The position numbers were made by a program, and so were the translations under genes. A DNA stretch of 63,316 bases, filler included, from Octopus bimaculoides (taxonomy: Eukaryota), in the NCBI RefSeq assembly GCF_001194135.2. It is 3 parts of 2 records of this genome, joined end to end, with 100 filler letters (N's around TTAATTAATTAA, not from the genome) between each part and the next. Parts side by side here need not be neighbours in the genome. Positions count along the whole stretch, not along the records: positions 1 to 29,096 come from NC_069005.1; positions 29,197 to 57,540 come from NC_069005.1; 1 more part is not named here. The stretch is one strand, 5' to 3'. Shown piece by piece: positions 24,566 through 34,840 of the stretch. Within the stretch, counting starts at the first letter, position 1, and every line of letters begins with the position of its first letter. A model generated the notes under the pieces. That model worked only from the letters and a program-made list of their open reading frames with translations. It was not told the origin of the DNA and searched no databases.

Positions 24566-26404
24566 TATAGGTGGATGGGATGAAGAGGAAGTAAGGTAGT
24601 AGCGGAGGGAGGAAGAGGTAGAGGAATGAAGAAGAAAATGGGAGGGAGAGGAAGTGGAAGAAAAATAATAAGAATAATTAAACAATTAATCAAATATGTA
24701 GATAATTATATTGAATGAGAAAATGAAGCAACAAATAGGAAACAACCTCCAGTATTAGGACGTATAGGAGAAATAAACACACACACTCACACAAAATAAC
24801 ACAGAAAAAAAAAAAGGCAGACAGTAACAAAGTCATACATACACACTCATCACAAACGTCTTGAGTTTTCTCCACTCCAATCCCTGCCCAAGCTTTCACT
24901 GCTGTTTCTGCACCCATTGCCTCATTAACATATCACATTTCATATCTCATCCACTTCCAAGCTTCCAGCTAATTGACAGCAACAGCCTTGCCAAAAGAAG
25001 ATTTGGTACCATCTGAGACAGCTAAGTAGATGACCAAGTAACTTACTAACCATCCTCTTAATTATGGCCCCTTCATTATATTCCTCACTCAAACTCTACC
25101 CTAGCAAGTGATGGAGGATATATTTTGGTTAGGGTGAGGAGAGAGCATTGTTCTTTTGCAAGAGTGTTGCAGTAATAGAGATAAAGATTACAGTCTATGA
25201 TGCCTGGAGAAAGTTATAGTCCACAACAATGTCTGTATTATGATTATCAATGAAGCAAAGAGGCTACCTTAATAAACTGCTCAATGTGCAAGTTCAGCTG
25301 CTTCTCAAATTATTTCTACAAATTTTGTGGGATTCTCATACCTATACTTTACCAACCAAGATTATTGCCCCTTCACTTGCTAGACACCCAGCCACTTTAT
25401 TCAGTACTAAAGTTGTGTCCTTGAGCAAGACACTTTATTTCACATTGCTCTAGTCCACTCTCTGAGAGCTATATTATGGGACTCATATTTGTGCAGTACT
25501 CAGCCACTTGCATGTTAATTTCATAAGCAGATTGTTCTGTTGATTGGATTAACTGGAACACTCATCGTCATAACTGACAAAATACCAGCTACTCGCCCAT
25601 ACTTCTCGTTCACTACTCATCATATGCTGTATTTCACAACTCATCCAGCCTCTTCATTCACTATTAACCCTATCCCCACCTTTGTTACTCACCCTAACTC
25701 TTTCATTGTCACCCACTCTACTTCACTTTTCTTTTCTACCATTACTACAATAGCATGTGTTTCTCTCAAGCAGCTGGTTGCATTCTATCTCTACCCAAAC
25801 CTACTTGGAATACTTGTCTCTCTGCTTCCTGTTCCTCCACCCTAACCTAATACTAAACACATTACTTTCTTTTCTGAGCATCAGAGCATAAAATTGTGGA
25901 TTTATCTTCCCCTGCCAATGTGTTTTTTTTTCCCTGCAGACATTGATATAAGTCATTGATTTTAACTCGGAAAACCAACCCATCAATGCTATTGCTCTGG
26001 GAGAAGCTTTGCCAACTACTTCATAAAACACAAATGCACAAACACATAAACACACAGACAATTACACGCCAAATACACTTACACATAAGCACCCACATAC
26101 ACACACACAGACATATGCATAACCACACACTAACATTACTTACATAAAAATATAAACACAGGTACACACAGCCATTCCCTATACATACTGACCTGCAGAT
26201 GTTTGATCTAAATACCAACTACTTCTCTGAACATTTTCAACTACTTAAACCACATACCGCCGCCGCTACTGTCATTACCAATGCCACTTCTATGAACACC
26301 ACTAACACCAGATCCCACTTTCACTACAAACACCCTCACCCCCCCCCCAAAAGAAAGGAAAGAAAAGATTAAAAAAAAAACAATGTAAAAAAAAAACACT
26401 ATAC

Positions 26405-26562
26405 CTGGAAAAGGTGTTCAGCTGATGACGTCCCCACAGAGGGGAAAGTTCGGCTGATTGGTGTGTAAGAGATGAAGAGGAGGATGATAGAACCGGTAAG
26501 GAGGAGGAAGACCAAGAGTGAGAGTTGTGAAGTTTTGTTACTAGATATTACATCAGTAGCTT
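26405..26562 (-). other. NUDT9: Probable upstream NUDT9 exon (5' UTR or non-AUG N-terminal extension)
   Basis: Strong acceptor tctctttcag| and donor CAG|GTATAG. The frame is open and in phase with the 24464 acceptor. No in-frame ATG. Confidence 0.6.
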
Positions 26563-28561
26563 CTGAAAGAGACAAACAGACAGACATAAAATGATAAGAA
26601 TGGCTTGAGTGATTGGTTCAGTTTGATTGGTTGTTGTAGTGTCATTGTTGCTCAAGCCCCAGGTGAGGAGTGGTCCAGCAACCCTATGATCAAAAACGTT
26701 CCAGCCATGCCCAGCCCATCTTTAAAACAACATTGATCTGGTGAAGTGTTGCTGTTGTTAAGTCCCTGGTGAAAACTGATCTAGCAACCCTGTCCTGTCA
26801 TGACCATCCCATCTTAAAAATAACATTAGCTAGGTGAGGTGCCAAAGCACACCTTCCAACTATAACCATCCATATGATTTTTGCACTTTCCATATTTCTG
26901 TCGGGTGAGCGTATTTATTCTAAAAGCCAAAGGAATGGCGTGATAAAAAAAAAAAGTGAAATTTTGAAAAAAATGATCTTTTAGAACTTCAGTTGTTATA
27001 TCTAGCTTGCCAAGCAACTACATTTGTGGCCGTTCTTCATTCCATCTGCTGGTTCAACAGGCATTCACACATGCAAGGTAGGTATTGTTATTCTGATATG
27101 TGGGCGAATAGAAAAAATTGGTTTTCAGAGATTTGTCTGTTATTCATAGCATGTTAAGCAACCACATTCAAAGCACCCTGCTTTTCATCTGCAAGTTTCA
27201 CCAATATCCATTTAGCATTCAGATTATTTTGTTAAAATGTAATGCTTAGTTGTTCACATTGTTTTGAATTAATCAGGAATTTATTTTGTAGCTTTAACTG
27301 TTTGATGATGTGATTGTTTATTTTTAGAAGGACAGGGGACAGCAGGTAGAATATTTTGGCCAAATTTAGCTGGTTTAAAAACAATCAGAATTGTGATAAG
27401 GGGGTAAGAGGTATTCTGAAAAGTGAAGAGAGAGTGAGTAGGGGATTTTAAAAAAAAGATTATAATTTCAAAGATAAATAATTTTTTTCACTATCATAAT
27501 TTCCATGTTATTTCCACATACAATTTCCAAGATATTTTCAGAAAAATTGGAAACCCAAAACATTTGCATGTGGGGAAGTTATTTAAAACTTTGGAAAGCT
27601 ATTTTGAGGGCAAATCATAATCTCCTTTCTTTGGAGAGATCATAAGTTTTCTTCACTTACATGCCTAACCTACCCTATTTTCTTCACCTGCTTCCAAGGA
27701 AAATAATATTTTCCCATAACTAGACATGTCTTTCATGGATGACTGGAAACAAAGTCTTGCTTGTATGACAATGACACCCATTTGCAATCTTCAGAAGATA
27801 TCTAGACAAGGGCACATACCCATCTACCCTTCTTGACATTCTGTTCTCATACTCTTTTCTTTATTCTGTTCCATACGCTTTTCTTTGAGGGTATGCTCTG
27901 ACACTTCATCACTGCCATCTTTATCTCTCTTTCTGGCTCCACACTATTCACTCCCATCCACGCTTAAATAAATGTACAGTCAAGTTATCTCCTCTACAAC
28001 AATAAGCCTGTTCCTGAGCCTCCTATCATACAATATGAAACCTCTCAACAGCTAGCATAAAGACACTTTCCTCTCTATTATACTATCTCTAAGTTAAGGG
28101 AGCTCTATAACCTTGCAAGTTACGGGATAACCTCACTAGTACTAGTGCCTCCAAAAATATAAAAAAAGCATCCTATACACTTTGTAAAGTTGTTGGCATT
28201 AGGAAGAGAATTCTGTTGTAGAAACCATGTCAAAACAGAGAACTGGAGCCAAATGTAGCACACTGATTGATGTCAACATGGAAATCAAACATGAAGATGA
28301 TGAAACAACTTGTATTGGATAGAACATAAGTATATTATGTTATAATGGGACTTGAAGGTTCTCAATACCAGCAGAGTATCTCCTTCTCCCGTTACAATTA
28401 TTTTCTGTAGTCTTAGGATCTGGAACTTGAAAGAAAAAGCTTACAAGCGGATGCAATTCAATGGTTGTTTATTTAGTTCTCATTCATGGGGTTCGCTCCT
28501 GGCGACCATCTGTATGGCCGCGCGTACTTTGTTATAGCTCCGTTCATGTGAGGTACATTAC

Positions 28562-28800
28562 CTCTGGAGATAACAGGTGAAGTTAGAGCAGACAAGAATC
28601 TACTGTGAGCTGCCAGTTGGCAGTGTTGCTCAGCGTGAGCATGAATGCAAGAGAGAGAATCACCTTAATACGCCTCCTTAAATAGATGTTGCCCACGAGA
28701 GCCTCGCTGTGTTCTCGTGCATGGCAAACATGGTTGTAAGCGAGATTTCACTCTTGTCTCAGACATGGTAATGGCTGCCAGCGAGGTCTCACACAAAATG
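28562..28800 (-). other. NUDT9: Probable first NUDT9 exon (5' UTR with uORFs); 5' end approximate
   Basis: Donor GAG|GTAATG at 28562/28561, phase-compatible with the 26562 acceptor. Lies in unique, CpG-richer sequence. Confidence 0.5.
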
Positions 28801-28830
28801 GCGCTGGCGTCTTGTGTCACGCTACAATGT
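28700..28830 (-). promoter_or_regulatory. Putative NUDT9 promoter/TSS region with YY1-like motif
   Basis: CpG-enriched unique sequence just upstream of the donor. AAAATGGCG at 28795-28803 (CGCCATTTT on the gene strand) matches the YY1-type motif common at housekeeping TSSs. Confidence 0.35.
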
Positions 28831-29196
28831 ATACACAAAAAAGTATTTATCATTTGACTTTTATCTTTTACTTGTTTCAGTCATTAGACTGCAGCCATGC
28901 TGGGGCACAACCTTGAGGAGCTTTAGTTGAACTAATTGACTCTACTAGTTATTTTCTTTTTAAGCCTGGTACTTATTATCTCAGTCTCTTTTGCCAAACC
29001 ACTTAGTTACAGGGATGTAAACACACCAACACTGGTTGTCAAGTGAAGACGGGGGACAAACATAGGCACAAAGACACACATACACACAGATATATANNNN
29101 NNNNNNNNNNNNNNNNNNNNNNNNNNNNNNNNNNNNNNNNTTAATTAATTAANNNNNNNNNNNNNNNNNNNNNNNNNNNNNNNNNNNNNNNNNNNN

Positions 29197-29241
<45 letters not shown>

Positions 29242-29243
<2 letters not shown>

Positions 29244-29560
29244 TAGCAGACACAGCCGGCGTTGCTCGTGATTTAAATGGCATAGTTTGTATATTTTGTG
29301 CAGTTAATTTGAAACATGTGATTAGGGTAAGTGCAACATTGACGGCAAAACATTTTTGGAGTAAATGAAGAGCTAATTCGACTAAGTGATACGTCATTTG
29401 TCTGTCTGGAAGATTCCAGGCCCAAACCTTGTCCTGGAAAAGTCGGTGGAGAGGATGGGATTTTTGAACGCACGAAAAAACTCTCAGTGGATATACTCTC
29501 GTTTGCGGCTCTCGGTGTTGCTGCTACCACGCAGAGCAATCAGCAGAAATAGGAACTACA
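29242..29560 (-). mobile_element. Probable Helitron 3' terminus
   Basis: Minus strand ends CGAGCAACGCCGGCTGTGTCTG-CTAG|T (GC-rich hairpin remnant plus CTAG) next to a TA run. Weak PIF1 C-terminal-like remnant upstream (GQGLGL..VSLSRISS). Confidence 0.45.
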
Positions 29561-30190
29561 TCGATGGGATAAATTAAGCCTGTGGGCATGCTCAACAGCA
29601 TCACATGAGAGAAATCTATATGAAAGAAATGACATGTTAAGGGACAGTGTGGCTGAAGATGTTGATGCAGCATTCCTGGCCTGGTGAATACTCCGTTGCT
29701 CATCGTTTTCCATTACTCTTGCAGCAGCTGTATATGCAGCATATTGTGATTATCTAGTTGAAGTCTCATGTGACGATTCATTTGTTCTGCTTCTTTTCAG
29801 TTTCTCTGCTACCGCCGTTTTCCGACTAATGTAGGAGCTTTTCTTTGGAGACATTATATCAAGAAATATGACGTAATAAACTAAGATGAAAATTGTACGT
29901 TGATAATGAAATGCTAATAAAAAAAGGTAAATATTATAAATAACTTAGCAAATTTTAAGAAAAGTTACTTCACAAAGAGTTACCTCCCTTCTCCCTAGTA
30001 GTCGTACTTACCCCAGAAAAGGGGGCTTTCTGGCTCAAGAGGCCCCATTACTCATTATGTGAAAAGTTCTAAGAGTCTAAAGCCATTTCTAGAACATAAG
30101 TAGTATATGATTCCAGTTTAAAGAAAATCAGTTGCAAACTTCAGAAGTTATGCGAGTTTACACACACGCCACACACACGCCACACACACG

Positions 30191-30239
<49 letters not shown>

Positions 30240-30420
30240 GAGTTGATCGGATCAACTGGAACCCTCGACGTCGTAAGCGACGGAGTGCCAACAATATATG
30301 GGCATGTTTAGATATGCAATTATATGCATGAGAATAAATACATTCATAAAGCAAAACACACAAATCTGCACACACACATACATTCATACATACATACATA
30401 CATACATACATACATACATA

Positions 30421-30950
30421 GAGAAGACCTGGATGGAAAGCACTCAGCATACAACAGAGAACATGCATGTGTGTGTTGCCCGGAAGTTTGATGAAGACAG
30501 TAGAATTAACACGAAGCGCAGCCTCTCTTGGACACAAGACCACTACATCACATCACACGTTGAAGGCTATGCGTTTGCAACCAAGCAACAAGAGATTGCG
30601 ATGAAGTACCTGGTGAATAAAAGAGACAGTGACGCTTTTGTAATCCCAAGGTGCAACCGCTTGTGTAGGCTACGTCATTTCCGTGGAAGACATTACGCAT
30701 GTGATTACCTGCTGTCCTAAAATGTCGTGACGGTGTCGTTGCCAAAACAATTTACAATGCCATCTGCAGAAAAGACTGTCCCGAAATAAACTTAGAAAAT
30801 CCCTTCATACCAATAATAATTGGAGCACTAGGTTTTGTTAGTAAATGCTTAAAGGAGAATCTGGATAAACTGGGATTTTCAGAAAGAGAAATTGGCCGGC
30901 TGATTCGTACATTACAAGTCCAATCTGCAAGACTCTTCTCAAGTTCCAAA
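30421..30950 (+). mobile_element. Internally deleted RLE-type non-LTR fragment (a distinct R4-like lineage)
   Basis: TSHVEGYAFA..QEIAMKYL, CRL, then IPIIIGALGFVSKCLKENLDKLGFSEREIGRLIRTLQ. Confidence 0.7.
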
Positions 30951-31339
30951 TGTGTATTTGTCTATTTTAACTAATTCCCAAAGATGGAGCCTTGTATCTT
31001 TGTTGGAAACCGGCTCTCTCTTCAGTGGAGGATATATATAATAATTTAAAAAACAGAAGAGCTATACATACATACAAACAAAAATACCCTGTTGTTGATG
31101 TTGAAATTGCAATGAAGGAGTCTTGAATCTAGGTTAGAAACCAGCTCTTTCTCTATTGGCTAAACATATTGAAATAAAATTGAACAATGACATATCTACA
31201 TACATACATGCATACATACGTACGTAATACATACACACGGATATAAAAGCATACATGCATACACACCTACGCACACAAACACACATATGTGTATATACAT
31301 ATGTACGTATATATACACATACATACATATATATATATA

Positions 31340-31765
31340 CTCTTTACTATTTTACTCTTTTACTTGTTCAGTCCTTTGACTGCGGCCATACTGGAGCACC
31401 GCCTTTAGTCGAGCAAATCGACTCCAGGACTTATTCTTTGCATGCCTAGTACTTATTCTATCGGTCTCTTTTGCCGACCGCTAAGTTACGGGGACCTAAA
31501 CACACCACCATCAGTTGTCAAGCGATGTTGGGAGGACACAGACACACAAACATATACACACACATACACACACACACACATATATATATATACATATATA
31601 CGACGGGCTTCTTTCAGTTTCCGTCTACCAAATCCACTCACAAGGCTTCGATCAACCCGAGGCTATAGTAGAAGACACTTGCCCAAAGTGCCACGCAGTG
31701 GGACTGAACCCGGAGCCATGTGGTTGGTAAGCAAGTTACTTACCACACAGCCACTCTTGCGCCTA
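31340..31765 (-). mobile_element. Near-complete copy of SINE family 1
   Basis: Head, CORE-like middle, internal (CA)/(TA) repeat and 3' tail are all present on the minus strand. Confidence 0.85.
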
Positions 31766-32029
31766 TATATATATTCTCTTTGTTCATTTTCTCTTATTAC
31801 TTTCTGTTGAAGCGTGTACTCTCGAAACGTAAAGACTTTCTCATATTCCCGAGCATCAAGCTAATACACATGCTTGTTGTTCATATACCCCTCTTCGTCT
31901 TTTGTTTTTCTATTAATTTCAACTATGTATATATGTATGAACCAGGGGTGTCCATTAAAGACTTCCCCTGAACAACTTTCGGCTATTGCAGGAAACGGAA
32001 CTTGTGCGAGTATAACCATACATGTTTGT

Positions 32030-32389
32030 ACATACATTATTTACATTATTTACATTATTTACATTCGACGAATATTTGTTCTCATCTTGTTTGTTGTTAA
32101 CACAACGCTTCTACTAATATACCCTCCAGCCTTCTTCAGGTGTCTTGGGGAAATTTCGAACATGAGTTCTCATTCCTAAGGTATTTTTCGATGTTATTAT
32201 TATTATTATTGTTCGGGGTCACTGCTTGGAATCGAACTCGGAATCATGGGGTTAGTAGCCTGCGCTCTTAACCACTACATCATATGCCCGTGGGCATAGT
32301 GGCGTAGTGGTTAAGAGCGCGGGCTACTAACCCCATGATTCCGAGTTCGATTCCAATCAGTGACTCTGAACAATAATAATAATAATAAT

Positions 32390-32439
<50 letters not shown>

Positions 32440-32718
32440 NNNNNNNNNNNNNNNNNNNNNNNNNNNNNNNNNNNNNNNNNNNNNNNNNNNNNNNNNNNNN
32501 NNNNNNNNNNNNNNNNNNNNNNNNNNNNNNNNNNNNNNNNNNNNNNNNNNNNNNNNNNNNNNNNNNNNNNNNNNNNNNNNNNNNNNNNNNNNNNNNNNNA
32601 CCACTACATCATATGCCCGTGGGCATAGTGGCGTAGTGGTTAAGAGCGCGGGCTACTAACCCCATGATTCCGAGTTCGATTCCAATCAGTGACTCTGAAC
32701 AATAATAATAATAATAAT

Positions 32719-32773
<55 letters not shown>

Positions 32774-32950
32774 TCGAAAAATACCTTATGAATGAGAACC
32801 CAGGTTCGAAATTTCCCCAAGACACCTGAAGAAGGCTGGAGGGTATGTCCTTATCTTGTTAACAACAAACAAGATGAAGACAAATATCCGTCGAATGTAA
32901 ATAATGTAAATAATGTACATAATTCCTCATCTCTTAAATATAGAACTGTA
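32030..32950. mobile_element. Head-to-head inverted pair of tRNA-headed, hammerhead-bearing non-autonomous elements
   Basis: Symmetry axis at atgccc-gt-gggcat (32290-32291). Each arm reads outward as tRNA-like head (TGGCGTAGTGG, GAGTTCGATTCC), (AAT)n, then a ~180-bp tail with a hammerhead. Both hammerheads here are decayed (32099-32144 minus; 32821-32860 plus). Confidence 0.8.
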
Positions 32951-32959
32951 TGTTTGTAC

Positions 32960-34205
32960 ATATCACATTGTAAATTGCAACTTTGCACTAGTATTCGTTT
33001 GTCTATTACGGCTGCTGAAGTGGACTAAACTGTTACAAAGACAGCAGTTGAATGCAGATCAGTGATCAGGTTCTTATACTTGAAAGGTCGTATATCAAAA
33101 GAGACTTTCGATGAGATGAACGAAGTGATGAGGCACCATGATATGACGTAGTTAAGCAATGGCATCGCCAGTTTAAATGTGGTCGGACGTCGGTGGAAAG
33201 AGCTCCTATTCCTGGACGACCACATTCTGCAATTGATGACAACACCGTCCCAAAAGTGGAAGCCAGCATTTTGGAGGATTACCGCATAACAATTCGGCAA
33301 CTAGATCAAGAAGGGAAGATAAGTGTAGGGTCTGTGGAAAAAGTCATTCAGGACCATTTGCACATGCAGAAGTTCTTTGCACAATGGATCCCCGGATGAT
33401 TTTGTCTTTCAGAAGCAGGAACGAGTCAATTGTTCCCAGGCTCTTTTGACAATGTCAAGAAAACGAGGAGGACATTTGCAGTAGACATATCACACAGGAT
33501 GAAACATGGGTCTATCATTATGATCCAGTCGAAGCAATGGAAGCATAATAACTCACCACCTTCAAAGAAGGCTCGGGACCAAGCATAAGCAGGCAAAGTG
33601 ATGCTCACAGTCTTAACGGACCTGCATGGAGTAGTGATGATGGATTTTCTAGCGAAGGGCATCACAATTAACTGGGCATATTATGCTTCTCTGCTGCAGA
33701 AATTGCGGGACAGCATCAAAGCAAAGGCGTGGCATGCTGACCAAAACATTCCGCCTCCTGTAAGACAATGTCCTGGTTCACAATGTGCATGTTGCTCAGA
33801 TAAAAGCACACTGCTGCAGCTATGAAATCCTTCCTCATCCCCCTTACTCTCCCGACCTCTCACCGTCGGACTTCTACCACTTTCCAATCACNNNNNNNNN
33901 NNNNNNNNNNNNNNNNNNNNNNNNNNNNNNNNNNNNNNNNNNNNNNNNNNNNNNNNNNNNNNNNNNNNNNNNNNNNNNNNNNNNNNNNNNNNNNNNNNNN
34001 NNNNNNNNNNNNNNNNNNNNNNNNNNNNNNNNNNNNNNNNNNNNNNNNNNNNNNNNNNNNNNNNNNNNNNNNNNNNNNNNNNNNNNNNNNNNNNNNNNNN
34101 NNNNNNNNNNNNNNNGCCATGTAGAGAAGGACTAATAATTATGCCAAGTTTCGTTTATCCCAGTCTTTGAGATGTGAGTCGGGGGAAATCTTTAATGAAC
34201 ACCCC
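32960..34205 (+). mobile_element. Mariner transposon, frameshifted and gapped
   Basis: CRSVIRFLYLKG, WHRQFKCGRTS..PGRP, TQDETWVYHYDP, YYASLLQKLR, HPPYSPDLSPSDF. TIR-like end tttaatgaacacccc. Confidence 0.9.
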
Positions 34206-34263
34206 GCCATATATATTATACTATATGCGTGTGTGTGCATAACAAAGATAATAAAGATATGTA

Positions 34264-34315
<52 letters not shown>

Positions 34316-34840
34316 GTTTGTCTGTCTGTCTGTATATCTATCTATCTACACACACACATAAACACACACACAAACATACACACGCGCAAACATACATAGA
34401 AGTGCAGGCATGATTATGTGGTAAGAACCTTCTTCCCAAACACATGGTTTCGGATTCAGTGTCACTGCGTAGCACTTCAGGTATGTGTGTTCTACTATAG
34501 CTTCGAGCCTCCCAAAGGCTTGTGAGTGGATTTGGTAGGCGGAAACTGAAACAGCCCACTGTACATACATACATACATACATACATACATACATACATAC
34601 ATACACACACTTACATACATGTCAGCAAGTCGACTTGCGCTTCTTTGCAGCTAAGAGGGTTTTACTTCTTATTTCTAGCAATGTTGGTGCTACCCTGCTT
34701 CGCCAGTCACAATTAATGACAATTGAGTAATTTCATTTTGACTTTATATTGCTTAAAACCGACTTCGTTATTTTATATAGATGTATTAGGTTATCCAGAA
34801 TGCTCTGAGCGGTTTTTAATATGCCAAATGAGATATAAAT

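Noticed and set aside
27000-27080. Plus-strand donor AAG|GTAGGT in a NUDT9 intron
   Set aside because: No supporting start codon or acceptor; a chance match is likely.
29141-29152. TTAATTAATTAA island inside N runs (also 57586-57596)
   Set aside because: An identical 12-mer isolated within gaps points to an assembly or scaffolding spacer, not biology.
32296-32370. tRNA gene (apparent ACT anticodon)
   Set aside because: The acceptor stem is absent and the anticodon stem mispairs. It is repeated and fused to (AAT)n and a tail, so it is a SINE-type head.
32030-32950. CRISPR-like or prokaryotic repeat system
   Set aside because: The window is clearly eukaryotic, and no repeat-spacer array or cas gene is present here or elsewhere.
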